Sequence record: MK562503
From: Shigella phage Buco
Length of the DNA stretch: 43,630 nucleotides
Strand: one strand, 5' to 3'
This document shows, piece after piece, positions 17,213-25,883 of this stretch; within the stretch, counting starts at the first letter, position 1, and every line of letters begins with the position of its first letter. The translations under genes and the position numbers were made by a program. The notes beneath the pieces are model-generated. The model was not told where the DNA came from. It saw only the letters and a program-made list of their open reading frames with translations, and searched no databases.

Positions 17213-17457
17213 TTAAGCACGGCGACACCTATCGAGTAGATATTGTACGTCCTTACATAGCAAAACCTAATGCACCTGGAATCTCCTATGCAGGTGACTT
17301 TCCTTACTGGTGGCCGCACTCCTGGTCTGTAAACTATGGCGGATATGTACTCTTCTTTGCAGCCAAACCTACGCGTAAGCAAATTCGTAAGATGGTGAGA
17401 TGGGTGCGGGACAGTTTACCATATGATAAACATCCGGAGGATGCGCCGTGGCATTAA
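17206..17457 (+). CDS. Hypothetical protein (83 aa)
   Basis: ORF-track entry; ggggaga upstream. Confidence 0.5.
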   Translation: MLIKHGDTYRVDIVRPYIAKPNAPGISYAGDFPYWWPHSWSVNYGGYVLFFAAKPTRKQIRKMVRWVRDSLPYDKHPEDAPWH

Positions 17458-17879
17458 GGAAGGTTACCCGGGGTCAAATCCGGGCCGTAGCAATGCGCCT
17501 GGCAAAGGAGCAGGGTGGGGTGTGCCCCCTCTGCTTTGAGCCTTTGGACTTCTCAATCAAGGGGGTGACTGGTGATTCAGTTGTCGTCGACCACTGCCAT
17601 ATCACGGGCAGAATCCGAGGTGCTCTGCACCGCTCATGTAATGGCGGGGAGGGTAAAGTGGCCTCCGCCGCTGGGCGGTGGGTGGTGGGTAGTATGCAGT
17701 CTACTGCTGCTATTGCTACTGCGCTACGTCGTATCGCTGACTACCTAGACAAGGAACCGTCGGACCTGGTATACTATACGCATAAAACGCCGGAAGAAGC
17801 TGCTGCCGCATTGAAGATGCGCGCGCGCCGCCGCCGAGTCCAACGTAAGGCAAGAGAGGTTATCAAGAGTGTTCAATAA
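17448..17879 (+). CDS. Endonuclease VII-family resolvase
   Basis: CPLC...DHCHITGRIRGALHRSCNGGEG matches the T4 endonuclease VII zinc/His-Me signature; GTG start after ggagga. Confidence 0.75.
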   Translation: MALRKVTRGQIRAVAMRLAKEQGGVCPLCFEPLDFSIKGVTGDSVVVDHCHITGRIRGALHRSCNGGEGKVASAAGRWVVGSMQSTAAIATALRRIADYLDKEPSDLVYYTHKTPEEAAAALKMRARRRRVQRKAREVIKSVQ

Positions 17880-18354
17880 ACCTATCATAGTATTTGACCT
17901 GGATGGTACGCTGGCAGACGGGCGTCATCGCCTGCATCTTCTGCCAAAGAAGGATTACCACCTTACCGAATCCTGGACGGAGTTTAATCTCGCTGCGGTG
18001 GATGACCTCCCTATTAGGGATAACATCGTGCTTTGTAATGCACTGTACCAGCATTACTACATCATTATCCTAACCGGTCGCAGCGATGTTGCTGGGCAAG
18101 TTACTCGCCAGTGGCTGCAAAAACACGGTGTGATGTATAGTGAGTTGATTATGCGTAAGCAGACGGATAATCGGAAGGATGTACAGATTAAAGAGGAAGA
18201 GCTGCGTAGAATTGGATTAGACCAGATTCTGTGCTGCTTCGACGACTTACCGCACGTAGCCTATCACATGCGTGGCCTGGGACTGACCTGTCATCTGGTC
18301 ACCCACTACGAAGAGCTGCGTACTGACCTAGTGTCACATGGAGAAGATAAATGA
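17869..18354 (+). CDS. HAD-superfamily phosphatase (nucleotidase or 3'-phosphatase-like)
   Basis: N-terminal FDLDGTL motif and later aspartates; 161 aa. Confidence 0.6.
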   Translation: MFNKPIIVFDLDGTLADGRHRLHLLPKKDYHLTESWTEFNLAAVDDLPIRDNIVLCNALYQHYYIIILTGRSDVAGQVTRQWLQKHGVMYSELIMRKQTDNRKDVQIKEEELRRIGLDQILCCFDDLPHVAYHMRGLGLTCHLVTHYEELRTDLVSHGEDK

Positions 18355-18821
18355 AAGCTATCTGTATAGAGCCAGTTCGCAATCTCACCAAAGGTGCGGT
18401 GTATGATATCCGTCCTGTAGATGCAACGTATGTAAAATTAATTATGGATGATGGCTCAGAGAGAGAGTTGTTTGCCCGCCGCTTCCAACCTTTCACTGAG
18501 GCGGTAGCGTCTCCGCAGCCAGATCTGAAGTACGACCAAGGCAAACCTCGCATGTCCTTGCTGTTAAGTGGCTGCCCGCTGGCCCTGGAGGCGGTGGGGC
18601 AGGTGCTGACCTTCGGCGCGCAGAAGTACGAGGCCCATTCCTGGCAGACGGTGGACAACGGACGGGAGCGCTACGAGAGCGCACTCATGCGGCATCTGCT
18701 CGCTATCGGTAAAGGTGAGGACAGAGATAGTGAATCCGGCCTGCATCACCTGGCGCACGCCGCCTGCAATGCCCTGTTTATTCTGGAACTTGAACTTCGT
18801 AAGCAGCAAGCAAAACAATAA
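18351..18821 (+). CDS. Hypothetical protein, possible nucleotide pyrophosphohydrolase-like helical domain
   Basis: Pattern KYDQGKPRMSLL...FGAQKYEAHSWQ...RYESALMRHLLA...GLHHLAHAACNALFILE; family assignment is from memory and tentative. Confidence 0.5.
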   Translation: MKAICIEPVRNLTKGAVYDIRPVDATYVKLIMDDGSERELFARRFQPFTEAVASPQPDLKYDQGKPRMSLLLSGCPLALEAVGQVLTFGAQKYEAHSWQTVDNGRERYESALMRHLLAIGKGEDRDSESGLHHLAHAACNALFILELELRKQQAKQ

Positions 18822-18826
18822 CTATT

Positions 18827-18835
18827 TGATATAAT
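18827..18835 (+). promoter_or_regulatory. Extended -10 element (TGaTATAAT) just upstream of the RNAP start
   Basis: Perfect TATAAT at 18830..18835 preceded by TG at 18827..18828; no good -35 hexamer. Confidence 0.25.
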
Positions 18836-18851
18836 GGGAGAATATGCGCCT

Positions 18852-21332
18852 ATGACTAGCGCCCCGCTGTTCACTTATCAGTTCCACGGCACTGACGTTA
18901 CAGAAGCACAGGTACAGCGCCAGGCTCAGCTGGAGCAGGACTACCGCACCCGCGGCCTTGACCGCTCCCGGAGACTGGTACGCGAAGCTATTGAGTCCGG
19001 CAGAGTATCGACGCTACCGGCGGCACAGCGTCTGATTGCTGCCGCTTATGATACGGTAGCGCTCCAGCTGGATCGTATCAAAGCAGAGAAGGCCCCGGGG
19101 GTCGGTGGCCGCTACCGCGCGCTGCTTCGACAGGTGCCGACCACGGTGCTTGCCGCGCTGTCCCTGACTAAGTGCATTGACCTCATGGCGTGTGGGAACG
19201 GGCACAGCACCAACAGCTCTGCGCAGTCGGTTATGTCCGCACTGGGCCGACTGGTGGAATCTGAGCTGCTGAGCATTCAGCTGAAGGCCGTGGCTCCGGC
19301 GTACATGAACAGGGTGCACGAGTATCTGAAAGAGCGCCACACTAAGAACTCGTCGCATATTCTCCAGACCTACCGGGCGTCAGCAGAGAACGTACACTTC
19401 AACCACGAGAACTGGAGCAATGCCCAGTGCATCTCCGTTGGCCGGTTGCTGATGCAGGCAGTATACAGCACTGGCATGTTCCAGTGGCGCAAGGGTTCTG
19501 ATGCTAGCCAGCTTACGTACCTGGAACCCTCTGAGGAGGTGCAGGGGGTGCTAACGGACCTGGTACAGAATGCAGACTCAGTGACATACAAGCCGCCGAT
19601 GCTGGTGCCGCCGCTGGCGCATGAGACAATCTTCTCTGGCGGGTACATTACGGACATTGACCGGCGCGGTACTTACAAGAACACCCAAATAACGCGCAGG
19701 CAGCTCCGTGACGTGGCGAACAGCTTCAAGGAAGCCCAGGGTATTAAAGACGCTCTGAACCGCGCACAGAGCGTCCCATACCGTATAAACAAGGGTATGC
19801 TGGAACTGGTGCGAGAGGCTCAGCGCCTCGGGGTGGCTGTAGGTATGCCCAGCACTAACCCAGCACCGAAGCCGCAGTGGTATCTGGACGGGGTGCCAAA
19901 GGAGACCTACAGTGAGCGCCAGCTTGACGACTTCAATGAGTGGAAGCTCATGATGCGCGAGTGGTACAACGAGGACCGTACCCGTATCAGCCAGCTCCGC
20001 CAAGTGGCCCGTACCCTGCAAATGTCTGAGGAGTTTAAAGATGAGCCAGCCCTGTACTTCCCGACCTGTGTGGACTGGCGATATCGCGTCTACTTCAAAT
20101 CCTCCCTGCATCCCCAGGGTTCTGATTTGCAGAAAGCCCTGCTGTGTTTTGGGCGCGGAAAGGCCCTTGGCGCACGCGGGTTATTCTGGCTTAAGGTACA
20201 CGTCGCTACATGCTTTGGTTATGACAAAGCCTTATTCGAGCAGCGTGCAGCTTGGGCTGATGCAAACTATGCAATCATTGAACAGGTTGCAGATAACCCC
20301 TTTGATTCTGAGTCTTTTAAACTTGCCGATTCGCCGTGGTGTTTCCTTGCGGCATGTATCGACCTGGTTAATGCTACCCGCTCTGGCAGCCCGGAGCAGT
20401 ATGTATCGCACATCCCAGTCGCTATGGACGCTACAAACTCTGGTGGGCAGCACTTCTCCGGAATGCTCCGAGACCCGGTAGGCGGACGCTTAACGAACCT
20501 GTTCTGGGAAGGCAACGAGGAGAAGGCGGACCTGTACATGGACGTGAAGCAGCGTACAGACTCCAAGGTTATCATGGATTTAGCTAATCCAGACTTCGTG
20601 GTACAGGCGCACTACTGGATGGAGAATAGCATCACCCGTACCATGACCAAGCGCCCGAGCATGACCTACTTCTACAGCGCCACGGTGCGCTCCTGTAGCG
20701 ACTACATCGTTACCGGCGCTAAGGGGGAGGGCTATGAGGGCACGGAGGAATACAGTCTCTGGAAGCTGGCAGGTTATCTGGCCCCGCGTATGCGCAACGC
20801 TATCGAGGAGGCCAACCCGGCAGCGGCGGCAGCTATGCATTACTTGCAGCAGGTGGCCCGACGGGTCCCGGTGAAGCTGCATCTGCAATGGAAAACCCCG
20901 TTAGGTGGGCTCGTTATCAATCGTTATACCGAGTCTAAGGAGACCCGTGTCCGCATCGACAGCATGAACCTGACGTCTCTGCTGGCATACAACCGGGACT
21001 ACGAAATTAATAACAGGAAGAAGGCCGCTTCCGGCATCGCTCCGAACTTTGTGCATAGTCTGGATGGTACGCATCTTATGATGGTTATCACTGCATTTAG
21101 CGGCGATATCGTGCCTATTCACGACTCGTTGGCGACACATGCTTGTGACGTTGATGAGATGCACCGGGTAATCCGTGAGCAGTTCGTGAAGCTGTATACC
21201 GAGAACGACCCTCTGCAAACCGTAGCTGATGCAGCAGTAGCAGTAGGCGCTGACCTATCAGGTATCGAAATGCCGGAACATGGCAGACTGGACCTGCGGC
21301 AAGTGCTTGATTCGCCCTTCTTTTTCTGCTAA
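18852..21332 (+). CDS. Single-subunit DNA-dependent RNA polymerase (T7 RNAP-like)
   Basis: About 826 aa; catalytic motifs PVAMDATNSGGQHFSGMLRD and IHDSLATHA. Start taken at the ATG with gggagaa upstream; ORF opens at 18834. Confidence 0.9.
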   Translation: MTSAPLFTYQFHGTDVTEAQVQRQAQLEQDYRTRGLDRSRRLVREAIESGRVSTLPAAQRLIAAAYDTVALQLDRIKAEKAPGVGGRYRALLRQVPTTVLAALSLTKCIDLMACGNGHSTNSSAQSVMSALGRLVESELLSIQLKAVAPAYMNRVHEYLKERHTKNSSHILQTYRASAENVHFNHENWSNAQCISVGRLLMQAVYSTGMFQWRKGSDASQLTYLEPSEEVQGVLTDLVQNADSVTYKPPMLVPPLAHETIFSGGYITDIDRRGTYKNTQITRRQLRDVANSFKEAQGIKDALNRAQSVPYRINKGMLELVREAQRLGVAVGMPSTNPAPKPQWYLDGVPKETYSERQLDDFNEWKLMMREWYNEDRTRISQLRQVARTLQMSEEFKDEPALYFPTCVDWRYRVYFKSSLHPQGSDLQKALLCFGRGKALGARGLFWLKVHVATCFGYDKALFEQRAAWADANYAIIEQVADNPFDSESFKLADSPWCFLAACIDLVNATRSGSPEQYVSHIPVAMDATNSGGQHFSGMLRDPVGGRLTNLFWEGNEEKADLYMDVKQRTDSKVIMDLANPDFVVQAHYWMENSITRTMTKRPSMTYFYSATVRSCSDYIVTGAKGEGYEGTEEYSLWKLAGYLAPRMRNAIEEANPAAAAAMHYLQQVARRVPVKLHLQWKTPLGGLVINRYTESKETRVRIDSMNLTSLLAYNRDYEINNRKKAASGIAPNFVHSLDGTHLMMVITAFSGDIVPIHDSLATHACDVDEMHRVIREQFVKLYTENDPLQTVADAAVAVGADLSGIEMPEHGRLDLRQVLDSPFFFC

Positions 21333-21338
21333 CTAAGT

Positions 21339-21369
21339 GGGTGGTTTTACGACCTAAAATCACCCTTTT
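21339..21369 (+). terminator. Stem-loop plus T4 tract after the RNAP gene
   Basis: gggtggtttta / taaaatcaccc 11-bp stem (one G-U pair), 5-nt loop, then tttt at 21366..21369. Confidence 0.45.
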
Positions 21370-21371
21370 CA

Positions 21372-21395
21372 AATGGTGTTACACGGTATAGTAGG
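21372..21395 (+). promoter_or_regulatory. Phage-promoter-like motif P3 (aatggtGTTACACGGTATAGtag)
   Basis: Core GTTACACGGTATAG at 21378..21391, followed by gggaga and the ATG at 21407. Confidence 0.55.
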
Positions 21396-21406
21396 GAGAA
21401 CCCCCG

Positions 21407-21814
21407 ATGACCTATTCAGTTAAACTATATAACTGGTCAACACATTCTGACTATATAAAAACCCTTATTCAAGAGTTCCATATCTATGGTCATGGTATAG
21501 AGCTAGGTATGGACCCTAGTGAACATTTAGAGAGGGTATTAAACTGGTCAGTTAACAATTCTGTTATAGTGCTATACTCTGGTGATATCCCTGTAGGTAT
21601 TGTAGGGGTAGTGCCACAGCTACAGAGAGACCCGCACTTCCCGGGGTTGAGCATGCACACCAGCTTCACAGTGGTTCTACCGGGGTATCCGGGAGCTGCG
21701 CTGAAACTGTACCGGGCATTGCGAACCGTGGCTAAGTTAAATGGAGCTGACTGGCTATGTACCAGCAAGCGCACTGATAACCTAACTTACACGTTAAGAG
21801 GACACCCACTATGA
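21407..21814 (+). CDS. Hypothetical protein in an AT-rich segment (possible small acyltransferase-like fold)
   Basis: 135 aa; own promoter-like motif and ribosome-binding site; first roughly 200 nt visibly AT-rich relative to flanks; the acyltransferase resemblance is weak. Confidence 0.6.
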   Translation: MTYSVKLYNWSTHSDYIKTLIQEFHIYGHGIELGMDPSEHLERVLNWSVNNSVIVLYSGDIPVGIVGVVPQLQRDPHFPGLSMHTSFTVVLPGYPGAALKLYRALRTVAKLNGADWLCTSKRTDNLTYTLRGHPL

Positions 21815-22071
21815 GTGGAGTTAAAAACATTCTGAGCGACGCCACTGACCTGGTAGGGCTCACTAACACAGACGCCCTGGAGGCTCAGCAGAAGGCTGCT
21901 AAAGAGCAGCAGCGCGCTATGGAGAACGAAGCTGCCCTGCAAGCTAACGGCGCAGCAGACAATATTACATCGGTAAGCTCAGGTGGCGCTGCATCAGCAT
22001 CCTCTGATGCAATCACCGCATCCCAGAAGAAGCGCCGCGCTGGTAGCATGAGCAACGTGCTGGGCATCTAA
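21811..22071 (+). CDS. Small hypothetical protein upstream of portal (86 aa)
   Basis: ORF-track entry; Ala/Ser/Gln-rich. Confidence 0.5.
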   Translation: MSGVKNILSDATDLVGLTNTDALEAQQKAAKEQQRAMENEAALQANGAADNITSVSSGGAASASSDAITASQKKRRAGSMSNVLGI

Positions 22072-22080
22072 GGAGATACA

Positions 22081-23634
22081 ATGCAAGGGCAGCAGAAAGA
22101 ATCACTGGAGTCCCTGTTTACTAAGGACTCGGACCCGACTGTATTAGACGCTGCCGAGCAATTTGCCCAGTGGACACTACCTACAGTGCTCACCCGGGAT
22201 ATCTCCGGAATGGACGGTAAGCGCACCTCCCTGCACCGCGACTATCAGAGTACGGGTGCGGTACTGGTGAACTCGGCATCGACCAAAGTTACTAATGCAC
22301 TGTTCCCACAAGGAGCCCCGTTCTTCCGGTTCGTGGACTCGCCAGACATGGCTGCTGCGGTAGCAGAGCTAGGTATCAATGGCACCGTGCAGTCACAGCA
22401 ATCACAAATTGAGTTATCAGCATCCAGCCTGGTGTTCTCTCGGGATAACTACGCCGCATCTCTCCGTGCCGTGAAATTACTCATGGTGACCGGGAATGCG
22501 TTGGAGTATTTCGACGAGGGCACCGGGCGTTCTCACATTTACAGTGTCCGAGAATACACGGTCCGCCGGGATGGTTCCGGGAATATCCTCCGGGTTGTGC
22601 TCAAAGAGCGCATCGCGGCTATGGACTTACCACAAGAGTTCCGGAGTGCACACCTGGGTCAGAAAGATGACTACGACGACGTAACGCTGTACACTGGTAT
22701 CTGTCTTGAAGATAACAAGTTCAAGATTTACCAGGAGGTGCAGCAGCAGCAGATTGGTGATGCCAGTACCTACCCCATTGACGAGTGCCCGTATACGGTG
22801 CTTGTGTGGAATCTGGTCAACGGAGAGCATTACGGTCGCGGCCTGGTTGAGGATTACGCGGGTGACTTTGCACGCTTGTCTGTGCTGAGCCAGGCCCTGA
22901 CCTTGTACGAGGTTGAGGCTGCGCGGCTGTACAACGCTGTGAGCGCAGGGGCGGGCATTGATGTAGACGCGGCACAGGCTGCTGAGACCGGCGATTATGT
23001 GCAGACCAGCGCAGCGCCGGGAACTAACCCGGGTATCTGGGCGGTTGAGAATGGTTCCGATAGGAAGATTATGTCTCTCCAGAGCGAAATCAGTATGATT
23101 GAGCAAAAGCTGGCGCGCGCATTCATGTACGCCGGGAACACTCGCCAAGGCGAGCGTGTTACAGCTTATGAGATTCGTACTAATGCTCAAGAGGCTCAGA
23201 ACTCTCTTGGAGATGCGTACAGCATCCTGAGTGACCACTGGCTGCGTAAGCGCGCTTATCTGTACACCGTGTACCAGTACCCTCCGATGCGTGCTATGTT
23301 TACACTTGGGGCTACCACCATTCAGATTCTGGTGGGTACAGCCTCGTTGAACAAGGCGGCGCAGGCAGACAGGTTACTGGAAGCGTCACAGAGTATTCAG
23401 CTTGTACTGCCAGTGCTGCAAGGGGCTACGAAGCGCACCAATCCGGACGCGGTCGTAGACTTTATTCTGGATGCATTCGGCGTAGTGAGCAGCAAGCTCA
23501 TGTACACCGAGGAGCAGCTTAAGCAGATTCAGGACCAGCAGGACCAGCAGCAGGCGGACCAGCAACGTAATCTGGAATTGGCACAGGCCAACCCAGAAGT
23601 CGCCGGGCAGCAGCTCGGTTTAATTCCATCATAA
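22081..23634 (+). CDS. Portal (head-tail connector) protein
   Basis: 517 aa; aaggag upstream; first large gene of the structural block, at the position of T7 gp8; Gln-rich C-terminus. Confidence 0.75.
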   Translation: MQGQQKESLESLFTKDSDPTVLDAAEQFAQWTLPTVLTRDISGMDGKRTSLHRDYQSTGAVLVNSASTKVTNALFPQGAPFFRFVDSPDMAAAVAELGINGTVQSQQSQIELSASSLVFSRDNYAASLRAVKLLMVTGNALEYFDEGTGRSHIYSVREYTVRRDGSGNILRVVLKERIAAMDLPQEFRSAHLGQKDDYDDVTLYTGICLEDNKFKIYQEVQQQQIGDASTYPIDECPYTVLVWNLVNGEHYGRGLVEDYAGDFARLSVLSQALTLYEVEAARLYNAVSAGAGIDVDAAQAAETGDYVQTSAAPGTNPGIWAVENGSDRKIMSLQSEISMIEQKLARAFMYAGNTRQGERVTAYEIRTNAQEAQNSLGDAYSILSDHWLRKRAYLYTVYQYPPMRAMFTLGATTIQILVGTASLNKAAQADRLLEASQSIQLVLPVLQGATKRTNPDAVVDFILDAFGVVSSKLMYTEEQLKQIQDQQDQQQADQQRNLELAQANPEVAGQQLGLIPS

Positions 23635-23644
23635 GAGGTGAGTT

Positions 23645-24481
23645 TTGGATAATACCAATACAGACATTACACACGTAGAGAACAGCGGCGGTCCGGTTAT
23701 CCCTGGTGCAGGGAAACCGCCCGCTCAAGCATCTAATCCGCAGTCTGTTCCTACGGATGCACCTGTCCCCGGTGACGCGAAGAACCCGCAAACCGGTGCA
23801 CAGGGTCTGGATATTGAGGCACTAGCCGCCGCCCTTAAGGGCAAGACCGGCACTGAGGCTGCACCCGCCGCTAGCACACAAGAACTGGCCCAGACGGGCA
23901 ACCCCGCTATTGATGCGGGCGTAGCTATGCTCACCAAAGTATCCGGTCTTAATGACGGGGATATGCAGCGAGCGATTGGCAAAGCAATTGAGTACGGTGA
24001 TAAGAACCTGATTGACAAGGCCTTTATCAAAGAGCGTTTCGGTGAGCATGCTGCGTATGCAGAGTTGCTTGCGGAGGCGTATCTCGATGATCAAGTAGGC
24101 CAGGCACAGCGGGCAGTAACTGCTGCTTACGACGTAGCCGGGGGTAAAGAGAGCTGGGATGTAGCTGCACAGGTATTCAAGGGCAAAGCCCCCGAGCACC
24201 TCCAGGCCGCTGCTCGCGCTCTCGCTAACTCTGGTGACCTCGCAGGCGCAGCTAAACTGGTTGTTGAAACCTGTCAGAGCATGGGCTTAATCCCAAATGT
24301 GAATCCACAGCTTAAAGGCGGTGCCGGTAACTATGGCGCGCTCTCAGCTGAGGCATTCTCGAAGGAGTACCAAGCTCTCCGCAAGGAGGCTGGAAATCGT
24401 AGTCTTGAATCTCATCAGTTCAAGCAACGATACGACAACCTGTTACAACGCCGTGCCGCTGGTAAGCGTCAGGGTATCTAA
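23645..24481 (+). CDS. Scaffolding protein
   Basis: 278 aa between portal and capsid; Ala-rich; TTG start after aagaggtgag. Assignment is positional. Confidence 0.55.
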   Translation: MDNTNTDITHVENSGGPVIPGAGKPPAQASNPQSVPTDAPVPGDAKNPQTGAQGLDIEALAAALKGKTGTEAAPAASTQELAQTGNPAIDAGVAMLTKVSGLNDGDMQRAIGKAIEYGDKNLIDKAFIKERFGEHAAYAELLAEAYLDDQVGQAQRAVTAAYDVAGGKESWDVAAQVFKGKAPEHLQAAARALANSGDLAGAAKLVVETCQSMGLIPNVNPQLKGGAGNYGALSAEAFSKEYQALRKEAGNRSLESHQFKQRYDNLLQRRAAGKRQGI

Positions 24482-24502
24482 TCTTAAATAAGGAAATAGT
24501 AA

Positions 24503-25498
24503 ATGGCTAATACAGATTACGCTGGCAACCTCACTCGTCCGCACTGGGGTGGTGCTGCCTCCGACGTAGATATCCATCTGGAAGTCTACCAGAATGAAGT
24601 GGATACCCGCTTCCAGTACCAGGCGATGTTCCTGGGTCTCAGCTCTCAGCGCTCCGTGGCTGACCGCTCCAACACCTACCGTATTGACCGCCTGAACACC
24701 TCTTCAGTGAAAGGCCGTACCTCTGGCGTGGCGCTGGAACCGACCCCGGTACGCAACGACAAGATGCTGATCGTCGTGGATACGGTGCTGTACATCCGTA
24801 ACCCAATCGACTACCAGGATGACTGGACTGCTCCGGACTTCCTGACCGAGATGGGCCAGAACAACGGCTCTGAGTTCGCGGAGGTGTTTGACCAGGCGCA
24901 CCTGATTCAGCTCATCAAGGGCCGTTCCTGGGTTGCCCCGGCGCACCTGAAACCTGCGTTCTCCGACGGTATCGAAATCGAAGCGACTATCGACTCCGAT
25001 GTGACTACTCAGGCAGGTATGGAAGCTAACGCTATCGCCATCAACCAGGCTCACAAGGCTGGTATCGACGAGCTGATTAAGCGTAAGGTTCCGCTGAACG
25101 ACATGATCACTCTGGTCAGCACCGAGATTTATTCTCTGCTGCTGGAGCATCCGAAGCTGTTCAACAAGGACTGGGGTGATGCTAACGCCAACGGCTACAA
25201 AGAGCGTCGTGCTGTGCTCATGAACGGTATTCCGGTCGTCGAGTGCACCGAGTTCCCGGACGCAGGTACGCACCCACTGGGTAGCGCCTACACCGTGACC
25301 GCCGACGATGCCAAGTGCCGTATGGTGACTTTCAGCAAGTCCCGTACCCTGGTTACCGTAGAGGCGAAACCGTTCACCTCCCGCATCTGGGACGATGAGC
25401 AGAACTTCGCGAACGTGCTGGACTGCTACGCGATGTACCAGGTCGGGGAACGCCGTCCGGATACCGCCGCTGTAGTTAAGTTCAACGAAGCACCATAA
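24503..25498 (+). CDS. Major capsid protein
   Basis: 331 aa; aaggaa upstream; at the T7 gp10 position and followed by a strong terminator. Confidence 0.8.
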   Translation: MANTDYAGNLTRPHWGGAASDVDIHLEVYQNEVDTRFQYQAMFLGLSSQRSVADRSNTYRIDRLNTSSVKGRTSGVALEPTPVRNDKMLIVVDTVLYIRNPIDYQDDWTAPDFLTEMGQNNGSEFAEVFDQAHLIQLIKGRSWVAPAHLKPAFSDGIEIEATIDSDVTTQAGMEANAIAINQAHKAGIDELIKRKVPLNDMITLVSTEIYSLLLEHPKLFNKDWGDANANGYKERRAVLMNGIPVVECTEFPDAGTHPLGSAYTVTADDAKCRMVTFSKSRTLVTVEAKPFTSRIWDDEQNFANVLDCYAMYQVGERRPDTAAVVKFNEAP

Positions 25499-25509
25499 TA
25501 GGAGGCCCC

Positions 25510-25794
25510 GTGGCATTACTAAAATCCTTCGGGGCTGACGTTCTGGCTGCTAACGTAGCCAAACGCCAAGCCTATCATGACGTGCGTCTGGGTATTGCCC
25601 AGATGGACAATGGTGAGCCGGTAGTACCGGGTAAGCAGAGCAAGAGCAAACGCGCTCAGAAAGCTAGTAAGAGCCCGGCTACTGAGAAAGTACCTGATAA
25701 GGTAATCGAAGTACCTGAGGAAGATATCAAGCCGGATGAGTCGGCTAAGGATATTGAAGTAGACAAGAACCCGGAACCGGGTAAAGCAGAGTAA
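25510..25794 (+). CDS. Lys/Glu/Pro-rich small protein downstream of capsid
   Basis: GTG start 4 nt after aggagg; its frame is -1 relative to the capsid gene and is open from 25480. Confidence 0.4.
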   Translation: MALLKSFGADVLAANVAKRQAYHDVRLGIAQMDNGEPVVPGKQSKSKRAQKASKSPATEKVPDKVIEVPEEDIKPDESAKDIEVDKNPEPGKAE

Positions 25795-25799
25795 ACAGA

Positions 25800-25837
25800 G
25801 GCCCTGTCCATTCGTTTGGGCGGGGCCTTTTTTTTTT
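25800..25837 (+). terminator. Rho-independent terminator downstream of the capsid region
   Basis: 10-bp GC-rich stem (ggccctgtcc / ggacggggcc, two G-U pairs), 8-nt loop, then T10 at 25828..25837. Confidence 0.7.
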
Positions 25838-25883
25838 GGCTCCTGATTTATGGGCCTTTCGGACCTATAACTGAGGAACTAAA

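Noticed and set aside
21490-21510. Fifth promoter-like motif at about 21497 (tcatggtatagagc) and another at about 41500 (gagtacggtatcta)
   Set aside because: Only partial matches to the core and both lie inside coding sequence; probably chance or decayed copies.
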